DNA from: a virus
Direction: 5' to 3' (one strand)
IMG/VR virus record: IMGVR_UViG_3300001688_000031
DNA length: 32,333 nt
Under the pieces are notes generated by a model, which saw only the letters and a program-made list of their open reading frames with translations, was not told the origin of the DNA and made no database searches. Of the stretch, positions 1 to 8,496 are shown in pieces. Every line of letters begins with the position of its first letter. The first letter of the stretch is position 1. The translations under genes were made by a program, and so were the position numbers.

Positions 1-88
1 AGGCGTGCGAAGCCACCAATACCAGCCCTTTGAAGTCGTGAAATTCGTGTTCGTGTATTCCGAATTGCTCACGCATTGCGAAGTCGGA
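1..88. repeat. Terminal overlap, copy A: identical to 32246-32333. The contig is a closed circle or a circularly permuted unit of 32,245 bp.
   Basis: Base-by-base comparison of the two ends. A minus-strand reading frame runs through the junction without a stop. Confidence 0.95.
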
Positions 89-681
89 TACGCGACGCGG
101 GAAGCGTCGTTGCTGAACAGGGCAAGAAGCGAACCTTCGGCTATACTGTTTTCGTTTGCAAGTCCCACTTCGGTGGTGGACGCAAGGAACATTTTTGAAG
201 TCACGGTTTCGTAACTGCCGCCGTCGGTTACGGTGTTTTTTGCTACGGTCTGCGTAGTGTCCAAAAGCTCCGCAACGAACTTCGGTTCAAGCATAGCAAG
301 GAAGCCCGCCCACGCGTCGTATTCGTTGTAATTGTCCCATACGTTCGCGTTTGTAGGCGGCGCGTCTGCGCTGTGCTTTGCGCTGTACCATGCGCCCGCC
401 GCCGCGTTGCTGTTCAGCCATTGCAGAAGGTTAGAATGCAAATATCGGTTATTGCCGTATGATTTGCGATCGCTGTTGCTGTTGTTCGGCTCTTTTGCGT
501 CAAACGCCATAAGCTGAATAATTTTTTCAGTTATCAGCGTAACCGAATTTGCAGGATAGCCGCTGTTGTTCTTGTCCGCGATCTTGAAAACCAGCTTTGC
601 ACCGAAGCGGGATTGATACGCCGAAAGAACCGGAACTTCAATCTTCGCACCGACTGCCAATTTGCTTATTGATTGCGACAT
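1..681 (-). CDS. DGR target protein 1, 5' portion. The Met is at 681 and the ORF continues across the circular junction into 32245..31187, about 579 aa in total. The N-terminal domain is of the WWLR...GVRP type (C-type-lectin-like / DUF6273-like).
   Basis: Manual translation of the minus strand from ATG 681-679, with AGGAGG 7 nt upstream, gives MSQSISKLAVGAKIEVPVLSAYQSRFGAKLVFKIADKNNSGYPANSV...KMFLASTTEVGL...AYPTSQCVSNSEYTNTNF with no stop down to base 1. It is in frame with ORF 31187..32317, whose listed first M is really an internal GTG (Val). The ORF track misses it because it runs off the window edge. Confidence 0.85.
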   Translation of the reverse strand, partial: MSQSISKLAVGAKIEVPVLSAYQSRFGAKLVFKIADKNNSGYPANSVTLITEKIIQLMAFDAKEPNNSNSDRKSYGNNRYLHSNLLQWLNSNAAAGAWYSAKHSADAPPTNANVWDNYNEYDAWAGFLAMLEPKFVAELLDTTQTVAKNTVTDGGSYETVTSKMFLASTTEVGLANENSIAEGSLLALFSNDASRVAYPTSQCVSNSEYTNTNFTTSKGWYWWLRTP

Positions 682-1721
682 GGTTTTTCCTCCTTTGGTT
701 TGAATAAGCTGTTGTAATAATGATCCGTGCGCCGGATCAAGTGATAGCAATTACCCTTTGAAGCGTGTCCCCTCCAGCTTTGATAAGATTGTTCGATTGT
801 TTTATCGTCAATCCGTCCCGCCGCTCGAAGGCTGGCAAATTTCTTCAACTTCCGCTTCATGTTGTTTTTGCTCCGGCGGCGCACCTTGCGGATCACCGCG
901 CCGCTTTCCGTCAAATACGTATGAAAGCCCAAGAAATCAACGCCGTTCTTCAACGGGTAAATGTTGGTTTTCGCGTTCAGCGAAAGCCCGCGATCTTCGA
1001 CGAATGCTTCAATCTCTTTCAAACAATGCTGTAAATACTCTTTGTCTTTATGGATCAAGAAGAAGTCGTCCATATATCGCCCGTAAAATTTGATACCCAG
1101 CTTTTCTTTTACGAAGTGATCCAGCCCGTCAAGGTAGAGAAGGGCGAAAAGCTGTGAAGTTTGATTGCCGATCGGTATTCCGACGTTTCCTTCCGTGCTG
1201 TCGATGATAAGATCGACAAGCCACAAAACGTCCGGATCGGAAATCTTCTTGCGGATTAAGGTTTTCAAAACGTCATGCCGGATCGAATAGAAATACTTTG
1301 AAATATCGCATTTCAAAATCCAGCCGTCAACGCCGTTTTGTCGGTAAAACCTCCGCATGAATTCTTGAAGCCTGTCCAGCCCGTAGTGCGTGCCTTTGCC
1401 CACTTGCGAAGCGTAATTGTCCCGAATGAACGATCGCGTCAAAATCGGTTCAAGCACATTATCGCAAAGCGAATGTTGAACAACCTTGTCTTTGTAACCG
1501 TTCGACATAACGACGCGTTTCTTTGGTTCGTAAACCTCGAACGTGTTATACGGTGACATTGTATAGCGCTTCGTCTTTAACTGCGCGCTCAATAGGTTTA
1601 TTGCTTCAAGAAGGTTTACTTCAAACTTTGCCGACGCGCCTTTCCACCTTTTGCCCCTCCGCGCCTTTCGGTAGGCATAATATAGGCTTTCAAAGCTGTA
1701 TACCTTTTCAAACTCTGTCAT
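666..1721 (-). CDS. Diversity-generating retroelement reverse transcriptase (351 aa from ATG 1721; the track ORF extends to 1772).
   Basis: RT motifs include the DGR-typical IGNQTSQ and the catalytic YMDD. GAGGA RBS 9 nt upstream of ATG 1721. An adjacent TR and an Avd-like gene. The A-specific TR/VR mismatch pattern (see findings). Confidence 0.9.
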   Translation of the reverse strand: MTEFEKVYSFESLYYAYRKARRGKRWKGASAKFEVNLLEAINLLSAQLKTKRYTMSPYNTFEVYEPKKRVVMSNGYKDKVVQHSLCDNVLEPILTRSFIRDNYASQVGKGTHYGLDRLQEFMRRFYRQNGVDGWILKCDISKYFYSIRHDVLKTLIRKKISDPDVLWLVDLIIDSTEGNVGIPIGNQTSQLFALLYLDGLDHFVKEKLGIKFYGRYMDDFFLIHKDKEYLQHCLKEIEAFVEDRGLSLNAKTNIYPLKNGVDFLGFHTYLTESGAVIRKVRRRSKNNMKRKLKKFASLRAAGRIDDKTIEQSYQSWRGHASKGNCYHLIRRTDHYYNSLFKPKEEKPCRNQ

Positions 1722-1891
1722 AATAAAAATTTCCTCGCTGTGTGTAACCTTTGCCAGCCGCTTTCGCGTCATGCTCCGGTATCGGCGATCCTGTATTTGT
1801 CCCCGCCGTGGATAGCGGCGACGGGATACACCTTCCTTTGATGATGGTATTCTGCTTTCGGCTTGCGCCTACTCGTTCGCGTGTTCCATCG

Positions 1892-1993
1892 AAGCGGGCG
1901 AACGCCGTTGTTGCCGTTGTACGCGTTGTTGTTGTTCAGCGTGCCGTCCGTGTTGACATTGCGGACGTTGCGGGCGTTCGACGAATTAGGCGT
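1892..1993 (-). repeat. DGR template repeat (TR), non-coding, between avd and RT.
   Basis: 102 nt matching 32150-32251 at 97/102 positions and 20738-20813 at 71/76 positions. On the minus strand it reads ..AAC AAC AAC AAC GCG TAC AAC GGC AAC AAC.. (Asn-codon rich). No ORF covers it. The 119-nt spacer 1773-1891 to the RT start contains a small CGCCG/CGGCG hairpin at 1804-1820. Confidence 0.9.
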
Positions 1994-2018
1994 TGCAAGA
2001 TGTACCCCGAAACGATTT

Positions 2019-2423
2019 TCAAGCCCTCGTTTTATCCCGCTTCTTCCACGCGGTTATCATGTACTTTACTTCAAGCGCCATTTTGCTCCAATATTCGGAA
2101 CTGCTCATTGAAATAAAGCCCATTTCTTGCGAAAGCTCTATGAAAAATAGAAGCTCCTTGCAATAGGTCAGCGCCTTTGCTTGAAGCCTCTGTCGTTCTC
2201 TGTATTCCTGCGCGTCCCGAAGGTCTAATTCGTTCGCTTCGATCGCGCATTCATAAATATCAACCGCTTTATCCTGTATCCTGTTTACAAGGGTAAATCG
2301 GTACTTCTTCGGGAAGCGCTCTGTCGAATTCGTTATTGTGAAGGTGTGCTTTACAAGGTCTTTCGCCTTCACAATAACGTTGAATTCCGAAGGTTCTTTC
2401 CGTTCCCGTTCCGGTCTTTGCAT
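2019..2423 (-). CDS. avd: Accessory variability determinant (Avd-like four-helix-bundle protein), 134 aa.
   Basis: Size, basic and helical character. The FPKKYRFTLVNRIQDKAVDIYECAIEAN pattern is typical of the Avd / 23S-rRNA-IVS four-helix-bundle family. It sits immediately 5' of TR and RT. Confidence 0.75.
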   Translation of the reverse strand: MQRPERERKEPSEFNVIVKAKDLVKHTFTITNSTERFPKKYRFTLVNRIQDKAVDIYECAIEANELDLRDAQEYRERQRLQAKALTYCKELLFFIELSQEMGFISMSSSEYWSKMALEVKYMITAWKKRDKTRA

Positions 2424-2655
2424 ATATGCACCGTCCTTTCCGCATATCCTCCAGCAAAGCGGTATCGTCGGCGCACCCGTCGAAATCGAAGCCCGCTTCG
2501 GTAATGGTCAGCGTTGCCGCGTTTCCTGTTACCGTTGTTCCTGTGATCGTTACCCGCTCCGCGCCGCAATCCCCGCAAGGCGGGGAAAGCTCCGCGAAGA
2601 TATTTCCGATCACGCACGACAATTCCGCCGCCGTGCAAGCGTGCCGCGTTAGCAT
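2269..2655 (-). CDS. Hypothetical small protein (128 aa from ATG 2655). Its 3' 155 nt overlap avd in another frame.
   Basis: ATG 2655 overlaps the stop of the upstream gene (ATGCTAA). The first ~75 codons (MLTRHACTAAELSCVIGNIFAELSPPCGDCGAERVTITGTTVTGNAATLTITEAGFDFDG...) fill an otherwise non-coding gap. The extent is uncertain because of the long overlap with avd. Confidence 0.35.
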   Translation of the reverse strand: MLTRHACTAAELSCVIGNIFAELSPPCGDCGAERVTITGTTVTGNAATLTITEAGFDFDGCADDTALLEDMRKGRCIYAKTGTGTERTFGIQRYCEGERPCKAHLHNNEFDRALPEEVPIYPCKQDTG

Positions 2656-3539
2656 TCGATCCTCTGCAATGCTTCGTTCCATACACCCGTAGAAGAAACG
2701 CCGGAAAGGTCGTCGAACAGGATCAAGAACGGATTTTCCGTAATGTCATTGAAGATCACGGCTTCGATCAAATCAACGCGCGCGTCAAGCGCATTTGTAA
2801 CGTTCATCAGATTAGCCGCCGCGTTTTCGTCCAAAACGTCTTGAAGTCCCTTGAACCAGCTATTGAATTCCGCCGCCGCCTGTGCTTCAAAATCCGCCAT
2901 GTGTTGCTCGAACGCGTCGTACTGCGTGTTGCCTTGCAGTTTAAGCGAATTCATGTACGAAACAAGCGTGTTGTATTCCGCCGCCGAAAGGCTTTGATAC
3001 TCTGCGAACCACGCTTGAAGCTGTGCGTTAAATGCTTCGGTGTCGATCTGATCGACAACCGCCGCCACAACGCCGCAAAGTGAAGTATTCAAACGCTGAT
3101 CCGTGATATTGCTTTGTGTGATTGTAGTTACGCCCGCGCCCACGTAAACGTCCGCCAGCGCAAGCTCGTAAATATCCGCGTCCCTCTGCAATGCGGGCGC
3201 GGTAGGTGAAGCGCTGTACGCGGACGACTTGACTTCCGCCGAAATAATGCGGTTCGTCAAATCCCAGCGCACAACAATTCGATCAATTCGGTTTAGCTGT
3301 CCGTCAGCCGTGCCGATCGTGATTGTTAGATCGCTTGTGTTGTTGTAGAAATAGCCGTTGATCCATGCTTTGCCCGCCTTCAAAAGAAGGTTCATGCCGT
3401 TATCAACGACAACTTGAAGCCCCGTTGAAGGAACGGGGAAAACGCCGTTCCCGATGAACGACGCGAAGTATTCCGCCCAATCCTCCGCCCTGTACGTGCG
3501 ATCGTGCGAAACGCTATTGAAGAAACTTGATTTTTCCAT
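2649..3539 (-). CDS. Tail fibre / receptor-binding-like structural protein (296 aa).
   Basis: Position after Dit and the Gp37-like protein. N-terminal SHDRTYRAEDWAEYFASFIGNGVF pattern seen in phage fibre proteins. Ala/Gln-rich coiled C-terminal half. Confidence 0.55.
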   Translation of the reverse strand: MEKSSFFNSVSHDRTYRAEDWAEYFASFIGNGVFPVPSTGLQVVVDNGMNLLLKAGKAWINGYFYNNTSDLTITIGTADGQLNRIDRIVVRWDLTNRIISAEVKSSAYSASPTAPALQRDADIYELALADVYVGAGVTTITQSNITDQRLNTSLCGVVAAVVDQIDTEAFNAQLQAWFAEYQSLSAAEYNTLVSYMNSLKLQGNTQYDAFEQHMADFEAQAAAEFNSWFKGLQDVLDENAAANLMNVTNALDARVDLIEAVIFNDITENPFLILFDDLSGVSSTGVWNEALQRIEC

Positions 3540-3554
3540 TCTGTGAAGCCCTCC

Positions 3555-4679
3555 TTATTTCGTGATCTGTCGAATTTGCGTCAGAAGCGCGGGCAAACTT
3601 TCGCCGAAGGTAATATCTATCTCTTCGCCGCTCGTTTCGTAGGTTTCCGCGATCTCTGTAATGCGAACGTCAACGCGGACGTTCCAGCGCTTATTGATAC
3701 ACGTTACGCGGTCGCCTAAATCGTAATCAACGCCGTATTGCAAATTCGCGTTTGTGTTGATTTTAGAACCGAACGCCAGCGTTTCGGCGTACTGTTCCAA
3801 TTCCTCCGCGCCGCGCGCTTGAAGCAGGGCGATATATTCCGCGTCGGTAAGCGTGATCGTCTGCTGATCCTCGTTTTCGTATTCCTGCACAATGTCCGTT
3901 GCATTGATGAATACTTCTTCGCGTTCCAGCCCCGCCGCCGCTCCGCCGACTTCCGCCACCTTTCGTGTTTGCCCTTCTTTTTCTTCGCCGCCGACGTATG
4001 CCGTTGTTTTAAGGTTTTCAACGCTGTTCGTGTATTCCTGTTCAACGATATTGTCGAATTCCTGCGAAAAGATACAAGGCGCGTTTCCCGCTGTGTTTCC
4101 GGACGTAAGATCGCGCCCTTTGTATACGGAAAAGGTGTGCTTTCCGGTTCGTGCGTCTGTCACGACGCGAATTCCCAGCTTCGCCGCCTTCGCCGCCGTT
4201 TCTGCCGCAAGCTGTGCGTTTATGTACGCTTCGGACGTGTAATCAATCACGCCGCTTCCGGTGTCTGCGTCGTCGGTTGCAATGCTGAAATTCGGGATAT
4301 TGCGGGAAGCGCCCGCCGCCGTGCAAGTCTGCCGCACGATCGCGTATAGAATGTTTTGCGTTGTGTCCTTTGTAATGATCTGCTTCGTAACGACGCGCTT
4401 TCCGATCCACGAAAGAAGGAATTTGCCTTGAACTTCGATTTCCTCCAAGCCCTGCGAATTCTTCGTAATGTGAATGTATTTGATTTCCGCCGCTTCCTTG
4501 CCGCCGCGCTTGATGATGATATTATCTTTCTTCAACAATGCGACGTGTTCTTCGGTGAAGGGGACAAGCAATTTGAATTCGCCGCAAGTCCAATAGCGGC
4601 GCGTCCAAATAAGCGAAGAAATCTTTTCGACGATCCCTTGAAGCGTCATTTCCCGATTGTATACGTATAATTCCATCAC
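3555..4679 (-). CDS. Siphovirus Gp37-like (ReqiPepy6 Gp37 family) tail protein.
   Basis: N-terminus MMELYVYNREMTLQGIVEKISSLIWTRRYWTCGEFKLLVP is typical of this family. Located directly after the distal tail protein. Confidence 0.65.
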   Translation of the reverse strand: MMELYVYNREMTLQGIVEKISSLIWTRRYWTCGEFKLLVPFTEEHVALLKKDNIIIKRGGKEAAEIKYIHITKNSQGLEEIEVQGKFLLSWIGKRVVTKQIITKDTTQNILYAIVRQTCTAAGASRNIPNFSIATDDADTGSGVIDYTSEAYINAQLAAETAAKAAKLGIRVVTDARTGKHTFSVYKGRDLTSGNTAGNAPCIFSQEFDNIVEQEYTNSVENLKTTAYVGGEEKEGQTRKVAEVGGAAAGLEREEVFINATDIVQEYENEDQQTITLTDAEYIALLQARGAEELEQYAETLAFGSKINTNANLQYGVDYDLGDRVTCINKRWNVRVDVRITEIAETYETSGEEIDITFGESLPALLTQIRQITK

Positions 4680-5566
4680 TACACCCCCAAATATAGGTTA
4701 TTGTGATAGATCGAAACTTCGAGATTTTCCGCGTTTGTGTCCGCCGAATATCTGAAAAGGTTATCGCCCACGGCGATCTGCAAATATGAACTATCAACGT
4801 CAAGATAACGGAATGCGTCTGTCGTTATGCCGCCGCGTTTCAGCTTCACGGCTTTTTCGCCGTATCCGGTGGAAACGGTCAGCACGTCGCCCGCTATCAT
4901 TTCAAGGTTTAGTTTTATGAATTCCTGCGTATCGACGTTTAGAAGTGTCGGATTTGTTACTGCGCCCAGCGCGCGGAATTCAATTCGGATACCGCTTTTC
5001 ACGTCGCCGGAATTGAACACGTTTACGATCAAGGACGGCTGGCGATAGCCGATTTCCCACCCGTCGTAAAGCTCCAGCCCGTCCGGAACGGGGAATTCAA
5101 AGCCGCCGATCCATGTTGCAATGTCTGCGCGCGTTTCTGTTTCCTCTCTCCAAAAAGGATTAAGGCAAGTCAAATTCACCGCGAATTGCTCGAAGATCGG
5201 CTTTCGTGTGAAGATCGGCGCGTCGTCAATCTTGCACCCGATAACCCGCTTGAAGTCGCCGAATTCATACGTCAACGTGCCTTCGTATTGCGGATTTAAT
5301 ACACGGTTCAGCCTTCGGCGCAAGGTCTGCGCCGCCTGTCTGTCCCGCTCTTTGATGTAGCCGACAATATCAATATCGCGGCTTTCAATTCTGTAACCCA
5401 AGTACGTGTCGCCGTCCTGCCCCATGCTGTTTGTGCTGTAAATAGCGTTTCGCACGTCGGAAAGTCCTTTAACGTCCTTGAAGTTTGTGTGATAAAGGGA
5501 ACGCGGGGAAAACTCTATGCTTTCCCCGCGTTCGTTTGTGTAGATCAATCTTTCTTTTATGCTCAT
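4679..5566 (-). CDS. Distal tail protein (Dit, phage tail family).
   Basis: 295 aa directly downstream of the tape measure. Sipho_tail-like sequence. The start overlaps the tape measure stop. Confidence 0.7.
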   Translation of the reverse strand: MSIKERLIYTNERGESIEFSPRSLYHTNFKDVKGLSDVRNAIYSTNSMGQDGDTYLGYRIESRDIDIVGYIKERDRQAAQTLRRRLNRVLNPQYEGTLTYEFGDFKRVIGCKIDDAPIFTRKPIFEQFAVNLTCLNPFWREETETRADIATWIGGFEFPVPDGLELYDGWEIGYRQPSLIVNVFNSGDVKSGIRIEFRALGAVTNPTLLNVDTQEFIKLNLEMIAGDVLTVSTGYGEKAVKLKRGGITTDAFRYLDVDSSYLQIAVGDNLFRYSADTNAENLEVSIYHNNLYLGV

Positions 5567-8496
5567 GCCATAACCTCCCGCGCAATCTGCCGGAACTGTC
5601 GCGCCGCCTGTCGCTGTTGCGCGGCGTAGCTCGTTTCGTTCGCGTAGATGTGTTGTACCACTTCAACGGTCGGCGTTGTCCCTCTCGCGGGCTGTCGTCC
5701 CTCTCCGGAACGAACTTCCGGAACGGCGTTGCTTGTTTCGCGTCGGATCGTGCTTTCAACGGAACGCATTTCGCGGGCGAAGCCTTCGCCCAAGCCCTGC
5801 GCCATAAAAGAACCGATACCCGCAAAAACCTTCGACGGCGAAGCAATGTCCATTTCATCTTCAACCGCCGCCACGATCTCCTGCATCATAGAACGAACGC
5901 GACTTTCAAGCCAGCCGGACATATTTTGAAAGCCCTGCCAAATGCCGCGCACCATCTCTTCGCCCGCGTCCGTGAACTGCGATACGAAGGAATGAAGCGC
6001 CGTAATAATCGGCTGGACAATCTGCGGAACTTTTGCCGTGATCTCCGGAATGCCCGCCACCATGCCTTGTGCAATGCCCTTGTCGATGTTCTGCCCCTGC
6101 AACACAAACTTTTGATTTTGTGCCGTAAAAGCTGTAATGATACTTTGAACGATCTGCGGGATTTTCTGCGTAATCTGAACGATCGCCGTTATCATGCCGG
6201 AAGCAATGTTCTTGTCGAAGTCCTGTCCGGCTTGATTTAGCCTTTGCGCCTGTGCCGTCAATCCGGTAATAACCCGCTCGACGATTGCGTTTACCGCTCC
6301 CGAAAGTCCTTCGATATTTGCAATGATACCGTTATTCACGGCGTTTACTGCTTCGGCGGCTGTAAGCTGTCCCGCTCCGCCCATTGCGGCGGTCATATCG
6401 CTTTCAACGCCGGACATATTATCCGTAAAGCCTACACCCACGCCGTCCGCCATGTTGCCGCCTATGTCGGCGAACACGGTAGAAGGGGAATGAATGCCGA
6501 AAAAGTCCTTGATACCGGATACAAGGGACGAAGCCCAGCCGGATACCTTTTCCCATAGCCAAGAAGCCGCGCCGCTGATACCTTCCCACAATCCGTGAAG
6601 AAGGTTTGCGCCCGCGTTCACAAGCTCCCCGCCCAGCAACGCGAAGGCTTGAACGATACCGGAAACGATCTGCGGAACTGCCTTCACGATTTCAACTATG
6701 ATCGTCGGCAAATTCTGAATGAGCGCCACGAAAAGCTGAACGCCCGCCATAATGATTTGGTCAATGTTTCCGATCAGCGCGTTTACAATACCGGAAACAA
6801 TCTGCGGGATCGCTTGAACGATCGTCGTTATGATTTCCGGCAATGCCTGTATAAGTGCGATCAGAAGGTCAATACCCGCTTGAATGATAAGCGGTATATT
6901 TTCCATGAACGCCGAAACGATCCCTTCGATGATCTGCGGGATCGCTTGAACGATTGTCGTTATGATCTCCGGCAATGCTTCGACAAGCGAAACAAGAAGA
7001 TCAATGCCCGCTTGAATAATCTGCGGAATTGCCGCCAGCAATCCGTCGATCAAGCTGGTTATCAACTGTGGAAGTGCCGCTACAAGAACGGGGATCGCGT
7101 TTATAACGCCCTGCGCCAGCCCTGTGATAAGCTGTAAAGCCGCGTCGATCAGCAACGGGATATTGTCGATCAGCACTTGCACAATGTCCACGACAAGCTG
7201 AACCAGCGTCGGAACAAGTGTCGGCAATGCTTGCGCGATACCCTGCGCCAGCGTCGCGATCATCTGAAAGGCGAATTCAAGGAAGGACGGCACAAGCTCC
7301 GCCAGCTTCTGAATTGCGAACGTTACAAGCCCCAGCAATCCTTCCGTGAATTGCTGTGCCGCGCCCTCCGCTCCGGAAAGCGCGCCCGTCAGCCCTTCGC
7401 CGATCAGCGCTACAAAAGGCGTGATTTCCTGCAAAAGCTCCGCCGCAAGCTGTTTCAGACGGGTAATAATCGGCTCTGCAATCGCACCCAGCGCCGCCAG
7501 CGCGTCGTTAAACTGCGCCGTTGCTTTCTGTGCGTCGATAATATCGCCGTTTACCTCTTTATATTTTGCCGCCGCGTCTGAATACAAGCCGTTCAACGTT
7601 TCCGTGATAAGCGCTTGCCGCTCCTGTTCCGAAGTGCAAGCGTCAAGGCTGGCTTGAAATTCATCTTCCGAAACGCCCGCCCAATTCAAAGCGTCGGCAA
7701 GACTTCCGGTAATAGCGCCCGTTTTCGCGGTTTCGTTCGCGGCTTCGGTCAAGCCTTCAATCGGCAAGCTGTCGCCGAAGGTCGCATAAACGCCCGTGCA
7801 AATATCCGTCCATTCCGCAAGCTCTTTTTCGTTCGTAGTCAGCTTCGCAAGGTGGGCGGCGGCTTCGGTAGCCTGTCCGTCGTCGCCAAGAATGCCGTAC
7901 AACTCCGTATACGTGTTCTTCGCGTCCTCCGCCGAATGTCCCGCCGTTGTGAAGCTCGTTTCAAGTTTACCCATGTTTTCGCGGGCTTCGCGCGTTTCCT
8001 CTGCAAGCCCGAAGAATGCACCCGCCGCCGCGCCGATTGCCGCGCCCATCGCGGTTACTGCCGCGCCGATTGCTTTTCCCGCTTTGCCGACGGCTTCGCC
8101 GACGCTCTCCCAATCCACTTTATTGCTTTTCAGCTTTTTGGAAGTGTCGTCGATCTCGCGCTGAATTTTAATCATGTCGGCTTTTGTGTTGTTTAGGTTT
8201 GTTTGCATTTTCTGATATGCGGGATTTGTCGGTTCAATACCGTTATCGCGCATTTTCTTCAATGCCTTTTCTGCCGCCGCCGCCTTCTTCGCCTGTTCGT
8301 CGAATTGCTTTTGAAGCGTCTTTTGTTTTGCGGTCAGCGCTTCCACGCTGTCCGCATTATCGGCAAACTGTGCCGCCGTCAACTTCATTTCCGATCCGAT
8401 TTCGCGAAGGGAAGAATTTATGTCGGCGCAAGCGGCGCGATATTCTTTTTCGCCCGTTAGGTCGATTGATGTTTTGATCTGCTCTTCTTTCGCCAT
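5563..8496 (-). CDS. Tape measure protein (977 aa).
   Basis: Length, coiled-coil N-terminus, hydrophobic repeat core, and position after the G/T chaperone pair. Confidence 0.9.
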   Translation of the reverse strand: MAKEEQIKTSIDLTGEKEYRAACADINSSLREIGSEMKLTAAQFADNADSVEALTAKQKTLQKQFDEQAKKAAAAEKALKKMRDNGIEPTNPAYQKMQTNLNNTKADMIKIQREIDDTSKKLKSNKVDWESVGEAVGKAGKAIGAAVTAMGAAIGAAAGAFFGLAEETREARENMGKLETSFTTAGHSAEDAKNTYTELYGILGDDGQATEAAAHLAKLTTNEKELAEWTDICTGVYATFGDSLPIEGLTEAANETAKTGAITGSLADALNWAGVSEDEFQASLDACTSEQERQALITETLNGLYSDAAAKYKEVNGDIIDAQKATAQFNDALAALGAIAEPIITRLKQLAAELLQEITPFVALIGEGLTGALSGAEGAAQQFTEGLLGLVTFAIQKLAELVPSFLEFAFQMIATLAQGIAQALPTLVPTLVQLVVDIVQVLIDNIPLLIDAALQLITGLAQGVINAIPVLVAALPQLITSLIDGLLAAIPQIIQAGIDLLVSLVEALPEIITTIVQAIPQIIEGIVSAFMENIPLIIQAGIDLLIALIQALPEIITTIVQAIPQIVSGIVNALIGNIDQIIMAGVQLFVALIQNLPTIIVEIVKAVPQIVSGIVQAFALLGGELVNAGANLLHGLWEGISGAASWLWEKVSGWASSLVSGIKDFFGIHSPSTVFADIGGNMADGVGVGFTDNMSGVESDMTAAMGGAGQLTAAEAVNAVNNGIIANIEGLSGAVNAIVERVITGLTAQAQRLNQAGQDFDKNIASGMITAIVQITQKIPQIVQSIITAFTAQNQKFVLQGQNIDKGIAQGMVAGIPEITAKVPQIVQPIITALHSFVSQFTDAGEEMVRGIWQGFQNMSGWLESRVRSMMQEIVAAVEDEMDIASPSKVFAGIGSFMAQGLGEGFAREMRSVESTIRRETSNAVPEVRSGEGRQPARGTTPTVEVVQHIYANETSYAAQQRQAARQFRQIAREVMA
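6583..7077 (-). repeat. Tandem 132-nt (44-aa) repeats inside the tape measure gene, about 3.75 units.
   Basis: Units start at 7077 (partial), 6978, 6846 and 6714. ALPEIITTIVQAIPQI... recurs. The DNA string ctgcgggatcgcttgaacgat occurs at 6802 and 6934. Confidence 0.8.

Noticed and set aside
1-88. The 88-bp terminal direct repeat read as att sites, LTR-like ends or IS inverted repeats.
   Set aside because: The repeats are direct and exact, they sit at the very contig ends, and they lie inside a continuous coding frame. An assembly circularisation overlap is the simplest explanation.
666-1772. The reverse transcriptase as a retron or group II intron RT.
   Set aside because: There is no maturase/X or endonuclease extension and no recognisable intron RNA domains. 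The SQ-containing motif 4, the Avd-like neighbour and the A-specific TR/VR pair all point to a DGR.
1751-2116. Plus-strand ORFs 1751..2116 and 20573..21229 share the peptide ANAV.AVVRVV.VQRA.RVDIAD, which at first looks like a conserved protein family.
   Set aside because: The shared peptide is the antisense translation of the DGR TR and VR2. Both ORFs are opposite well-supported minus-strand elements, lack RBSs and have Arg/Val-rich junk composition.
2369-2686. Alternative minus-strand and plus-strand ORFs in the 2.3-2.7 kb gap (2369..2686, 2338..2652, 2426..2692).
   Set aside because: The translations are Arg/Gly-rich or Ser/Ala-rich low-complexity sequences without RBS-linked starts. Only the frame coupled to the upstream stop (2269..2655) was kept, and at low confidence.
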